64,000 nucleotides of DNA from Blasia pusilla (Eukaryota), in contig CM114271.1 in NCBI GenBank assembly GCA_050084515.1, positions 16,864,001-16,928,000 on the forward strand, written 5' to 3'. Positions 38,745-52,025 of this stretch are shown here, piece by piece. The notes beneath the pieces are model-generated. The model searched no databases. It had not been told where the DNA came from and saw only the letters and a program-made list of their open reading frames with translations. The position numbers were made by a program, and so were the translations under genes. The stretch's first letter is position 1. The number at the start of each line of letters is the position of its first letter.

Positions 38745-40010
38745 TCATGCAAAATGGAGTTTGGAGCAAAAGCTCAAAAATTACTAACTCCTTTTTGGAC
38801 CTGAACCATTACACCTTCTATCAAAATAAGGTTTTTTCATTTGCCATCTTGTCCAACTTTGTCATCTTGAGCTGAAATTTGGTCAACATGGTCCCCAAAG
38901 TGCATCTAGCACTCTTGCGAAGTTTCAAGAAAAATGGAGTTTTAAGAAAAAAACTCAAAAATTACTAACTCCATTTTGGAGCCGAACCATTAGACCTTCT
39001 ATGAAAAACTGGTTTTTTCATTTTTCATCTTTTCCAAATTTGTCATCTTGAGGTGAAATTTGGCCCACATGGTCCCCAAGGTGCATGTTACACTCTTGCC
39101 AAGTTTCAGTCACAATGGAGTTGTGAGAAAAAGCTCAAAAATTACTAACTCGTTTTTGGACTCGAACCATCACACCTTCTATCAAAATAAGATTTTTTCA
39201 TGTTTCATCTTGTCCAAATTTTCCATCTTGAAATAAAATTTGGCCCACATGGTCCCCAAGGTTCATGTTACACTCTTGCCAAGTTTCATGCAAAATGGAG
39301 TCGTGAGCAAAAGCTAAAAAATTACTAACTCCTCTTTGGACCCGAACCATCAAACCTTCTATGAAAAAATGGTTTTTTCATTTTTCATCTTGTCCAACTT
39401 GGTCATCTTGAGGTGAAATTTGGCCCAATTGGTCCCCAAGGTGCATGTTACACTTTTTCCAAGTTTTTGTAAAAATGGAGTTGTGAGCATAAGCTCAAAA
39501 ATTACTAACTCCTTCTTGGACCGGAACCATCAGACCTTTTATCAAAATAAGGTTTTTCCATGTTTCATCTTGTCTAACTTTGTCATCTTGAGCTGAAAAT
39601 TGGCCAACATGGTCCCTTAAGGTGCATCTAGCACTCTTGACAAGTTTCAAGCAAAATAAAGTGGTGAGAAAAAGCTCAAAAATTTCTAACTCTTTCTTGG
39701 GCTCGAGCCATAAGACCTTTTACTAAAATAAGGTTTTTTCATTTTTCACCTTGTCTAACTTTCCCATCTTGAGCTGAAAGTTTATCTACATGGTTTCCAA
39801 GGTGCATGTTCCACTCTTGCCAAGTTTCAACCAAAATGGAGTTGTGTGGAAAACCTCAAAAATATGTAAGTACCTTTCAGACCCGAACCACTAAACCTTC
39901 AATGGAAAGAAGGTTTTTTCATTTTCATCATGTCCAACTTTCCCAAGTTGCGTTTGTAGCACTCTTGCAAAGTTTTGAGCAAAATGGAGTTGTGACCACG
40001 AGCTCAAAAA
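38745..40010. repeat. 180-bp tandem satellite, block 2 (~7 units)
   Basis: Same monomer, anchor at ~38780, 38960, 39140, 39320, 39500, 39681, 39861. Confidence 0.95.
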
Positions 40011-40459
40011 TCACACTTACCAATTTCACCTTCAATATAAAAATAAATGCTTTATTAGCGAGAAGTATATAAAAAGGAATTTTCCTAAAAATGACATTCT
40101 TACAATAGTCAACACAAAAAAAGTTTGCTACAACTATCTACTAAGCCATCTCACTAAATTTTTTAATTACTCTTCTAGTCTAGGTCTATGGCTGGGTCCG
40201 GTGGATGAAGATATAAGCGGTAATTTGGCGGCTCAATAGTTCGAAGTCAGGTGGATCGGCGATGAGTTCCTATTACTCTGGTTTCATCATCGGAGGAAAT
40301 GTATGAACTATCCGTGCCATGATTGATGGGTTGAGAGTTTGGAACCATATGTGTGAGAACATCATTATCATTAGGCTCATCAACTAAGTCCACCGTTTCA
40401 ACGCTCAAAGATTGTGGAGGAGTATCTCGCATAGGTTCACTAGACTCGATGGAATAATT

Positions 40460-42902
40460 CTGAACTCTTAATTTTGCAACAATATGAGGGTAGTATGTCG
40501 TTTTAGGAGAAATGTTCGGCAGATTGGCTTTTCTTGAAGTCCTCCGTTATTGCTCTCCCTCGTGCTCTCGAATCCAATGTTCCATTTCAACATCATCTTC
40601 ATCTCTTCCAAGCCCCTCGGAATCAAAATTTTCAGTGTTGTCGATATGAGTATCCTCTCTCCCTTTGATGCCATGAATTCCACATATCACATCCATCTCC
40701 TCTAGGTCCTTATCTTTCAAGTCATGGTTTCTTGCATGCAAGTTAGATTCATTGCCATCTTCTACTACCCTTCTAGCTTGTTCTTATCCATCCCTTTCTG
40801 AAAACTATTTCTCGTACAAGAGCGCTTATCATGATTTCCGAAAAACACCTTTGTCTCCAAACCTTGAGTTTGTATAGATGTAAACCAAATCCCTGGCACG
40901 TTCGTTGGTCAATTTATTCCTGTGCTTGTTGTGGATGAAACCATAACTACTCCAATTTCTCTCCACTAAAGAAGATGAAACCACTAGTGCTAATATGGAC
41001 TTAGCCACAGAGCGCAATGTTGGTGCACCTTGACCGTGCATGCTCCACCAATCAAAGGGACTAAGTGAATCAACAACTTCCCTACCAAATTCATCCACAA
41101 ATATTTCCTGATGGTTCAAAATGTTGCCCAACTCTCGCAAGCAAGTTGCCACATAAGAATTAGCCTTGGTGACATTGAGGCATGCACCCCTATTGCATAA
41201 AGTTTCAGATATTGTTTGAAATCTCTCATGCACTCAGCATTTGAAGTGACGTCTTGAACACTATCAAGAAGATTGTAAGGTGGGAGAATGTAGCCTATTG
41301 CATGTAACTTGTTGTGGATAAATGCCCACTGCCTAGAAATAACATTGACCATCTCTATAGCTCTAGACATTGTGACAAAATAACCGCGATGCCTTCCATC
41401 CACACCGAGCCATGGAGTTACAAGAAAAGAACGAGTCTCTTCCATTATCTCAAAAGTACAACGATAAATACGCCTAGTCATTGCTTTATGACCATCACAC
41501 TCTCTCAACAGAATAATAGTTGGTTGAGCCGCAACAAAAAACTCCTCACCCTCCATCCTAAAATTGTGATTGCCTCAGTAGTCTCAATCTCTCGTGCCTT
41601 CTCCCTTTGCCTCACATCCTTGCCATTGAAATACTACCTAAAAGCATTGGTGGTAATCATGGCGTGGAACGCCTACCTCAATTCTAAGACGCGTCCCAAC
41701 ATGATAAATTTTGTTGCAAAGCGTGTATTTGCAGGAAGAAACAATCGTCTCTTCATTGGATTGGTTTCCATGAATTTGGCCATCATCCAAGTTCTAGTCT
41801 TCACAAATACTACCATCTCACGAGCTTGTGCAAAAATCCTGTCCACCCAAGGCCATTTACCCCACTCTTCGTAGACTAGATCAAGAGAATGTGATACGCA
41901 TCCACCCCAAAGAATATGAAAGAACTTTGCTTTGATAAGTTTCCCTCTTGCTTGCTTATTGCTAGCATTGTTTGTCACAAGTTGCAACACATTCTCTGGA
42001 CCGATGCGCATGATAGTCCTCTCTATGTGACCTGCCAACCATTCCGTCGTTTGGGATTCCCCTTTGATGTCTACCAACTCAATCATGACCTCACCTTGTG
42101 GACAAGACACCATTATGTTCACTAAAGACTTGCTCCTCACATTGGTCCAAGAATCCATTATGATCGTGGCCCCCAAACACAAATTGTCCAATATATCATC
42201 CACCTTTTCCTTCACATTCCCCATATGTTTCTCAAGTAGGGTGGTGCGCAACGAATTGTAACTAGGACCTCAGTAACCCTTCACCTTTGTTGTTGCAAAC
42301 ACTTCTTCTTTGAAAGCATCTTGCCGTACTACGTTGAATGGTATTTCACATTTGTAGAAACACTTCGCCCATATGTTATTTGCAACTTCTATTCCTTGGA
42401 TGTTGAAAGAATCCCTTAGATCAGCTTGCTTCTTCCCACAACTACTACTCCCTAAAATGGGCCCAAGAACTCCTCTATATTGCTGGAGACTGTCACTTGG
42501 TGGCATGTCCACAACCCCATCAACATTTTGTACAACATAAACACTATTTATTATTTTTTTCAAACCTATTTGTAATGGAGTCGTCTTCTCCACTTCACTT
42601 GAAGGTCTCGCTCCCCTTATTTATCCATTTCCCACTAGTACCCCGTTTCGGAGATCCCGTTGCACGCTAGGAGGGACCTTCACACATAATTAGGCATGAT
42701 GGGTATCCTGATTCCCATCCTTTGTCTTTTGTCTCTCTAGTGTAAAATGCTCCACCATCCACGCGCTATGATAGGTTTTCATAGAATATGAACAATACTT
42801 GCACTCCCATCTGCTTGATGTTCCACCTTCCATATGTACTTCTTCCCAATCTTCCTTCACAATCTGTTGGAGTTCTTTGGCTTTGGTCATGACTACAGGC
42901 AC
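40460..42902 (-). pseudogene. hAT transposase (BED finger, DUF659-type DDE region, C-terminal dimerisation domain), disrupted
   Basis: WECKYC...H; CEIPFNVV; IIMDSWTNVR.KSLVN; LQLVTNNASN; CVSHSLDL; NTRFAT; DWWSMHG...LRSVAKSILALVVSSSLVERNWSSYGFIHNKHRNKL. Confidence 0.93.
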
Positions 42903-43354
42903 TCACTAACCCCACCCAAAAATATTTGGAAACTTTGCAACAATTTACTATGTCAATATTAGTATATATCGATCAGTAAAATATATGAAAATCCTTCCAA
43001 AAATGAGCAAATTTATATAGGGGAGGATGGAAGGAAGAGAATGAACCCTTCTAACTCCCCAAATCATCTACCCTCACTTACAATTGATTACTAAACCATC
43101 TCCATTAATTTCTATAATAAACCTATTTTTATTCTCCTATTAGATTCCTTCTTGACATATCCTAACTTCTTAACCTTGTTTATATTTCCAACAGACCTAT
43201 TTTGCAATGCAACCAGCCTATTCAAATCTATTTTAATATTTTCATTCCTTTCTCCACCACTAGGATCCTAAATTCATCACTTATTCTCATTCTAACTAAC
43301 CTATATTCTCCTACAACAACCTTATCCCAACCTCTAAAACCGTCAATCACCCAA

Positions 43355-44100
43355 ACTCGCTACGAGCCCGCAGTGGGGGCCATCTGCACACTTAAGGGCT
43401 TGCGGGCATGCTAAGCGGCCCGCGCCCTAGCCCACACGCGGGCTCTAGGGCCCGCGCATAGCTTGCACTACGAGCCTTGGAGTCCGCACGCGGTGTCTTC
43501 GCGGGCTCCAGGGCCCACAACTAGCCCATGCTTGCAGGCTCGGCGGCTCGCATGCGGGTTCCCAGGCCCGCAAGTAGCCCGCAAGTAGCCCGTAACATAG
43601 CCCGCTCGCGGGATTTAAGGCTCGCACCCTCGCTCACAAGCAGCCCGCACGCGGGCTTGGCGACTCGCGACCTAGCGTGCAGGCGGGCTCCACGGCTCGC
43701 AATGAGGCCGCGCTTTAGGGCCTGCATCCGTGCCGCATGCGGGCTCGGGCGGGCTACATCCGCCACGGGCCGTGAGCCCACACACGGGCTCGGAGGCCCG
43801 CAAGCGGCCTGTAATCAGCCCAAACGTGGGCTTTAGGTCCCGCACCCTAGCCCGCAAGTGGGCTCCAAGGCCCGTAACAAGCTCGCGCGCGGGCTGGAGG
43901 GCCCGCGACCTTGCCTACACGCGGGCTTGGCGGCCCACAAGCAGGCTTCAGGGCCCGCACCCTAGCTCGCACGTTGCACTCGCTTGCATCCTGCATCACG
44001 ACTGAGGCCCACACCCTTCATCGGAGCCCGCACCGGTGGCCCGCAAGTGGAGCCTACGCAGTCGATTTGGGCGCCACAAAAACCCGTGCTCGCGCCTAGT
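43355..44100. repeat. GC-rich subterminal repeat array of hAT end (transposase 5' side)
   Basis: Dense gcccgc/gcgggc motifs leading to the TIR at 44149-44159. Confidence 0.8.
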
Positions 44101-45769
44101 GTTCCATGTCCGGACATGTTTGTCCCATGGACGGACTTGTCCATTTCGGTGCAGCCTTGAGCATGGAGATGGAAATGAAAAGACTTTATGAAAGAATTAG
44201 ACATTTTTTTAGAAATACATACAATGATAGACATTTGATTTCAAAATATCTTTGGTAAGATATCTTTTGCAAGCCCAAGAAATGGAGAATCATAATATTG
44301 TGGAGGGATTGGAAACATGTTGAAATTCAAAGAGTTTCAAAATAGTAAAGATAGATTTCCAATTGAATACTAAAGAGAAAGAAACTAAAATTTTGCTTTG
44401 AAAGAAGAAAAAAAATCTTTTTTTCCTTGATAATTTGGGGAAAAAATAATCTTTTCCTTTTCCAACCCCCATTTTTTAGTTACAAAAAGATGATCACTTT
44501 CGTTATTCAAAAAATGAAAATTTTGTCATAGCATGGTCTTCTTCTCCCCCCTGATTTTTCCCCAAAATATTATTTACTTTTTCCTCAAAACCAAAATTCT
44601 AAATTCAAAAATTTCCCTTTTTAAAAATTGGGATAAATAATGAATAAGAGGAAGACTTAGGAATGGTGCACGAAGATCTTTATTGTTTTAGGAAAGGGAA
44701 ATCTTCCTTTGGAATTGAAAATTTGAATTGAAAAGGTAGTATGAACTTTTATTATTTTCAAGAAAATACTAAATATTAGGCTTTTAAGCTCCAAGTGTGT
44801 AAACATAAGGCGAACAATAAATGATTTGCTCCCAATTTTATTCAAAATATAAATTTGGGAAAAAATAATTTACAAAATTTAATCAATTATGGATTTATCA
44901 ATAAATAATTATCTATTCTTAGTCACAAAATTAATGGAAAATTTTCCTCATGTCTCAATGAAAATAAACGATTTGGTGTCAAACAAATTAGGGGGAAAAG
45001 TATACATGAATATTTTGTAAGGGAGATCGAATATAAAAAGCTACTTGGAAATCACATCACACTATAAAAAATGGACAAAAATCAAAAGGATCAAGAGAAT
45101 CTTTTGAATGAAAATACAATAAAGTATGGAGAGGAAGTTTGAGCTCCTTACCCAACCACAAGTGAAGAATCCAACAAAGGTAAAGCACGTGGCTCTCATA
45201 TGGAATCAATCATGGATAACTTTTAACTTCAGAAAACATAAGTTAATTATTTTTTAATTTGTTCCTCTATAATTTTCTCAAATTTTCTCAAATTTTTTCC
45301 TTTGAATTTTCCTACTTTTCTATAATTTAGATATTTCAATTTTTTTCACTTTTCAAAGTAGTTTCTTAGAATCTAATTATCTTATATATTTTAATCACAT
45401 AAAAAACTTGAATTGATAATGTAAATTACTTATTAGTAGTCTTTTGTCCCATATATAATTCAAGCTTATCTTCATAAAGTTAAAGTTCTATAAATCTCAA
45501 ATTCTACCTTCATTTTATCATTTTTATTCAAAAAAGAGAGAAATTAATTAATCCAATTGCTAAGCAAAAGTGTGTTTTAAAATTAGTGAAGGGAGCATTA
45601 ATTTTTTCAAATAAGGAAGTGACTAACATGTCTTTTTTGTTATTGAAAAAACTGTGAAAGGAATTTTTTAATCAATTACTCTCTACATGCAAAGAAAATT
45701 TTGTTTATATGCCCTTTCCAAAAGCTATCTATAGTTTTGGAAATGATTTTTTTGTGAAAAGGGAAAGGT

Positions 45770-46285
45770 AGTCCGAGTGGCAACAAAGACAATCATTGAC
45801 AAGAGAGAAGGATTTATAGAGATTTTTGGGTCATACCAACGTAATTCATGTGGTGGGATGCCATTCACAAGAGGATATGGACTTATAGTGAAGATTTTGT
45901 ATATACTCACATGAGGCAACTATATGGAATATTCCATATACTAGTGGATGAGATTGAACCTTGCATGCCAACTATATTCAAGTGGGGGAGAGCAAGAAAG
46001 AGAGTTGAATTAGCTAAATATGCTACCATATTCATTTATCAATTGGCCCATAAGCCACAAGTGACACTACTCAACCATTTGTACAATATTGGTGAGTCTA
46101 CTATTGTCAAATATACTTCCATATTAACTGACGTTCCCACTAGTAAATGTAAACTATACTCAAAATATGTGAGATGGCGAGATATCAATAAAATGAAAGA
46201 ACAAATGTGAAAATATCAACATATATGTGGAATTCCACAAATCATAAGAGTCATTCATGGGTCTCACATCCAGCTTAGAGTTAAA
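45770..46285 (+). pseudogene. PIF/Harbinger (HARBI1-like) transposase N-terminal fragment
   Basis: WW...F..HMR...F..LV; IFIYQLAH...LYNIGESTIVKY; reading past the stop gives GIPQIIRVIHGSHI, matching G.P...GAIDGSHI. Confidence 0.75.
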
Positions 46286-46492
46286 ATTACAATGCCATTT
46301 TTTCTTGAGCATTGTACAAATTGTCATTCCAAGGTTTTCCTGAAATTATTTTTACGAATTTCATATTTTTTTCAATTTTTTTCCTAATTTTCACAAGTCC
46401 GGTTCTTGTTTTGGTGTAGGGTGTTTTGCGCCTAAAAAAATAATTGTGGAGCCCAAAAATTAGGCACCGGCGCCCCATTCCACTGTTGAGCG

Positions 46493-46680
46493 CAAGGTTG
46501 CACATAGAGAAGGTCGATGTCTGTCAAGTTATGTTGGTCCCTAGGACGAACATGTCCATCCGGGCCCAGGTTTCGACGGGGTGCACTCGAGGCCCGTCGT
46601 GCCCCCTACGCAGACCCGGCTTGACCAACCCACACCTAGTCTACAAAGCTGTTTCCGGTTCTTGCCACCCATTCCCGTTG
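46493..46680 (+). mobile_element. Orphan hAT terminal fragment
   Basis: caaggttgcac TIR followed by a GC-rich stretch; no partner end found. Confidence 0.5.
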
Positions 46681-48300
46681 ATGTTGAATGTATAGATATA
46701 TGAGGCCACACATAGATGTTGAATATATAGAGTGTAATATCATGAAAATTGACAGATTGAAAACTCATCTCACTCATTCATTAATTTTTTTTTGTTATAG
46801 CTTATTTTTTAATCCTCTTAATTTGGCAAAAGTGAAAATTATTAATTTTTTGCCCGTGCGACGCATTAGATTAGATGGATGGAGATCAAAAGAGATCCCA
46901 AAGGAGAATATAATGTGAACTTGTTAGAGACAAGTCATTTTTTCATGTGCGATGCATTCGATTAGGTTTATTGAAATGAAAATAATCATATTGGAATTAA
47001 TTCAGTTAAATTTTTTTCCTTATTAATCGTAATAGAAATCTGTTCTCACATATTTTTGTAACCCTCATAATTTCCCAATTGAGGAAGAGAAATTATTCAT
47101 TTTGATCCAAAGTTTTGTTTCAAAATATAGTTTGAATTTCCCTCCCAACCAAGCTTGGAAATAGAAAAAATTAAAATTAAAATTTCTTTCATCCTTTTGA
47201 AGAGTATTTAATTTTCCACTCTTCTTTGAGTATCCTTTCCCATTTAAAAAAATAACATGAAATTTTCCCTCCAAATTCAGCCAGAAATTTGTAATCTATT
47301 TTTTTTGCAATAATTTAAAACAATTCTATTTTTAAGTGAAAAATATTAAAATTCAGGAATATTGAAAAAATGTTATAAAATTATTTTTAAGTGAGAATTA
47401 ATATAATTACTGAAACCTCTTCCCATTGAATTCTTAGCTTAGTATAAGGTAAATCAGGATATTAATTGAGAGGCTTCATATACGGCGCTAGGATGATATG
47501 TTGAATTTCCAGAATTTAAGATTGAAAAATTTGAGGGATAACTAGTAACTATGAATTTCCTCTTAATAAATAAATATTTATTTATTTATAGTAAGGAAAC
47601 CCTTCTTAAGAAATAAAATATTGGGTCTATTAATTTCAAGAGAAATAAGTATAACCTTATGAATTTTTTTCTTTTCCCAACCCTTGAGATCTCCCAAGCA
47701 ATGAAAGATAACCACCCTTCCATCCATTTTGTTTTTCAAAAATATAATTGAAATTTCCTTCCAACCAAGCTTGAATATTCAAAAGAATCTAGAAACTAAA
47801 GTCATTTTTATCCTTATGAAGATTAGTTCTTTTTCTACTCTTCAATTTTAGACTTCCTTATTTTTCCAAAAAAATTGTATTTCCCCTTCAAACTAATCTT
47901 GAAATTTAAATATTATCTTATTTTCCATATTTTTATTTTAAAAAATATGTTATATGTGAAGAAGACTTCAATTTTCTGTTAATATTGAGAAATTTCTAGA
48001 AAAAATTTATTTTAAAATGAAATTTTGATAGAATTACTAAAACCTGTTTCCCTTCCAATTTTTGGCTTTGTATGGAATAAAATCAAATATAACTTCAAGA
48101 AAATTGAAAAGTTCATTTAAGTTCATAGGTTGTGCTAATTGAGAGTTTGTGCAAATGAGCTAACACCAATAATAGAATGATTAAGCTACTATTTTTTTTC
48201 GGATTTAGTTTCCAAAATTTTCAAGAAAATTCACTCCCAACCAAATTGTAAAGTTTAAATTCAAAAATAAAATCACTTCCATATATTTCACTAATAAATA

Positions 48301-48330
48301 CTAATAAGGTGCCCTTGCGATGCACGAGAA
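48301..48330 (-). mobile_element. Helitron 3' terminus (hairpin plus CTAG-like end)
   Basis: Minus strand ctcgtgcatcgcaagggcacctta-ttag|t resembles the plant Helitron end CCCGTGC..CGCACGGG...CTAG|T; 5' end not located. Confidence 0.65.
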
Positions 48331-49295
48331 ATTAAAAAGTGTTTGAAGAACTAGTGTATAGATTGTGAAGGGAAGAGGTTAATGATGATGCACAAAAATT
48401 CAAATTTTTTTTCTTACTGCCCGTAGCATGTGAAATATTTTCTTGATGCCCAGTCGCCATGCGTCAAGTATAGAGGTGTTTGAAAATCAAGAAGGCACAA
48501 AAAAAAAGAAAGAAAGAAAGAAAAAGACACATAATGTCTTGGCCATTGAGTGACCAAGCATCAATAATCAAGTAGATGCAAGATTACGAGTAATCGTAGA
48601 TAGTTAAAATCAAGAATTTCCGCTTTATTGAAAATTGGTCCAGAAAGGATATCGGGGGTTTCCTTTTTAGAAGATATCTGAAATTCAATTTGAATACTTG
48701 TTTTACTGTTCCGATTGTCAAATATCAACAGTGTAACAGTTCCCATGGAAAAACTCCTCGAACCTTGCCAAGCATTACATAGAGGCTTTGGTGAAACCAA
48801 TTTTTTTGTATATGCTACACCTTGGTTTCATTGCACCACATGGTTATTTGGGATTACTTCACTAACAAGAATTTCTATTAGCTTGTAAATATTGAAAGGA
48901 TTGATAAGTTAAATAACTCTTCTTCCAATAATGCCAATATTTAGAATTTAAGAGATATTATATGGATTATTGAATTTTTTGATTTTTCTGGTCTAAGATC
49001 ACTTTATAGATATCTCAAGTAGGTAGATATTCACTAGGTAGAAAGAAAGTTCTTTGTGTAAATGGATTTTTTCTAGTAGTGAATCTATTTTTTCCATTTC
49101 ATAATTCCAATTCATGATGTAGACTATAATAATTATTCTATTAAATCTATTTCTAAGATGGTTTGGATTTTTTTAAGAAAAATGGCAAGAAAATGAGATC
49201 TTGGATTCTCTAAGCATTGTATTTCTAATCATTATGAAAATATTTCCCGATTAAGGACAAAAGAAGTGGGACAAACATGCCTAACGGGTCCTGCC

Positions 49296-49712
49296 CAATG
49301 TTGCACATTGACAAAGTCTATGTACGTGGATTTATGTCCGTTCCACATTTGTGTGGGCTTGGGTTCCTATTGCCCGCAACGTTGACCCAAGCTTAACTAG
49401 CCCACATCCAATCCAACGATTTGTCATGCTAAGATCCATACGGAGCTTGCGGAGGCCCAAATTAAGCCCACGTGACCCACAAGGTCCCTAGAGGACGGGC
49501 TCAAGACCCACACCAAGCCCTCCCTCTAAGGGCCTTGTGCGGGCTCATAGTGGGCTTGGCGAGCCCTCGTAGCCCTCACACCCGCTTGATCCTTACATTC
49601 ATCCATTCCCGCATTTTGAGCCCGTATGGGCGGTCGGGTTAAAAACAATTTCAAGATGGAGGACCCGTTGGGCATATCCGTGGATATGTCTGTCCTTTTG
49701 TGTGCAACCTTG
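49296..49712 (+). mobile_element. Non-autonomous hAT element, second subfamily (417 bp)
   Basis: TIR caatgttgcac...gtgcaaccttg; TSD gtcctgcc/tccctgcc; interior has gccc motifs unlike the 330-bp MITE. Confidence 0.75.
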
Positions 49713-50000
49713 TCCCTGCCCAAGTTTTTTGTCACCTAATGGTTAATATGGGCTCTAGAGATGGGAACAAGTACATGCTCAAATTAAGGGAGGCAAGCAG
49801 GGATTGGACGGATATGTGGATGCGATCCCACACCTTACTTGCATCAAACTCGTACGTGGTTTGCATCGAGCGTGGCTGGTCCACACAGGGCTCGTATTGG
49901 CCCGCGTAGAATGGGCTTTGAGTCCACAACCCAATCAAGTCATATTTCAAAGGTATAGTATTTGTGGTGATCTGCCCAAAGCAAGCTCTAGACCCAAGGC

Positions 50001-50332
50001 CAAGGTTGCATATGGAAAAAGTCTAGGTCCATATAGACACATCCATATCTGTGGACTTACGTCTGTCTTACAGAAGGACTAGTCCGTATGGGCCCTTTCT
50101 CTCCCTTCTTTCTCATCCCCCACTTGCCTTCGTGATAGGCTTTTTCTCGTTTCTTCCTCCTCCCAGCTCCACTCCCTCCCTAATTATTCACCCGCCCATC
50201 CTTGCCTTGCCATCTACCATAATTATAAATGTGGGCCTCATCTTTTGTAATCCATGTTAGTGGACATGTCCAAACTTATTTGTTGACCATGTCCGTCCTA
50301 GGGAAAAACTTGTTCATTTTTGTGCAACCATG
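50001..50332 (+). mobile_element. hAT-type MITE (332 bp)
   Basis: TIRs as in the other copies; TSD cccaaggc/cctagggc. Confidence 0.85.
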
Positions 50333-50440
50333 CCTAGGGCTCTTAAATGGGCTTTGTGTGGGCATATTATTATCCTCTATGGATGAGGCGTGGTCTATGT
50401 TGCAAGTAGGACGGGCCTACTGTGGACGGCAGGAATCCAA

Positions 50441-50748
50441 CAAGGTTGCACGTGAACAAAGTCCGTGTCCGTGGACTTATGTCGTTATATGGAAGGACTT
50501 GTCTGTATGGGTCCCATCTTTATCTTCTTTCTCATTCCTCTTATTGCCATTGTGTTTCATATTCCCCATTTCTTCCTCTCTCCACCTTCATTCCCTCCTA
50601 CCTCCACTCCCTCATGCCTCATTGCTTCTCTCATCCTTGCCTTGTCTTCCATCATGGACTAAAAGTGTGGGTCTCATCTTTCGGAACCCATGTATGTGAA
50701 CATGTCCAAATTTGTTCGTCCATGTGCGTCCATTTTTGTGCAACCATG
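50441..50748 (+). mobile_element. hAT-type MITE (308 bp)
   Basis: caaggttgcac...tgcaaccatg, interior homologous to the other copies; no clear TSD. Confidence 0.85.
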
Positions 50749-52025
50749 GATGAACAAATCTGGACAATATCCATGGGACCCACACCAACATATCTATCGT
50801 AGACATGTTAATCAACCCACACTAAAATGTCTATCATAGGGATATGCAACCCTCTAGTTAAAGATGTTTTTATACTACTAAATTACATATGGCCAAAAGA
50901 AAGGTGAGATAATTTCTTAGTGTAAGAATGAAGGAAAATAAACATTTCATTTTCTTTTTGCATTTTTTGACTTTTTTTTCAGGATTTTTTCCTTAATTTA
51001 ATTAAAAAAATTACTGACCTTAGATAACTTAAATTACTCATAAAAACCTAAAAGTACTAATAATGACTTGACTAATTAAAAAAAAATTGGGCGAATCTTG
51101 AGAGGGATCTAGTTGGACACGGTGTAGAGAAGAGAGGGGTCCAAGTGAAAATAATATAGAGATCCATATTTTGATTCCTCACAATCCCCATTTGAAGTCC
51201 AAAAACTCCCACAACGAAATCCGAAAAGTGCGGCTCGCTGAAGTGAATAAGTGGATTCTAAAGTGCGAATGGACCGTTGGGAAATCATTCCTTCCGAACG
51301 TCCATATGACAAGAAGATGCCTCTCCACTGTCTGCATGACCTGTTAGGACGCGAAGACAGACATTCCATGGCGACTCTGAATGTCCGCTCAGCCTCCAGC
51401 GAAGTAGTTGAATTGTGACCCAGTCGCTGTTTAAGCCCAAGGAGTGCTCTGTTTTCGTAGGAGCTAATAATCCTCGGGCTCGCACTCTATGATGGATACT
51501 TACTTACTTTAGTCTCCAGTTCGAGAGGTCGTTTCATTTCATTCCTTCTGAAGAACTGCGTACTCGAACGTTTCCCGCACGAACGGAAAGCTTCGAGCAC
51601 CACGCGCAGTTGAGCTCTGGGTGTCGACCTACAACATGCACACTCGCCAGACTAAGTTAATATAATCCGAAACGTTGAAAACAGATGATGCGTGGGGTTG
51701 ACTCCTCGGGGCGAAATCCGAGGAGCCCGGGGCTCTGTGAGGAGCTTTATTGATCGTGCGGTCGTATGGGCAAACCTCGGGGGCAGACTGGTCAAGGTTT
51801 CGGTACGTTATGTGAGCCTCGAAATGTTATATATGCGGGATGGATCTATGGAACAGGGAGTCGATTTGAGTGTTCGGGCCAGCGAGCGAGTTTCCACGGA
51901 GGATATGAGAAGGAACAAAAGATCAGGACGTCGGTGAAACGGTGCGGGGAGTGGTTGGGAGACTGCGACGACGAGTTCTGAAGCGCGAGAGGCAGAAGTA
52001 CGCTCCGGAACGCGCGACGAGGATC

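Larger units (their letters stand above)
30939..44159 (-). mobile_element. Putative 13.2-kb composite hAT transposon
   Basis: TIRs caaggttgcac / gtgcagccttg (10 of 11 match), corresponding to the two different MITE ends; gcccgc-rich subterminal arrays at both ends; hAT transposase inside. No TSD seen. Confidence 0.62.

Noticed and set aside
36470-40010. Possible CRISPR array or true centromere
   Set aside because: Whole 180-bp units repeat with no unique spacers; eukaryotic context; the array is only ~3.5 kb
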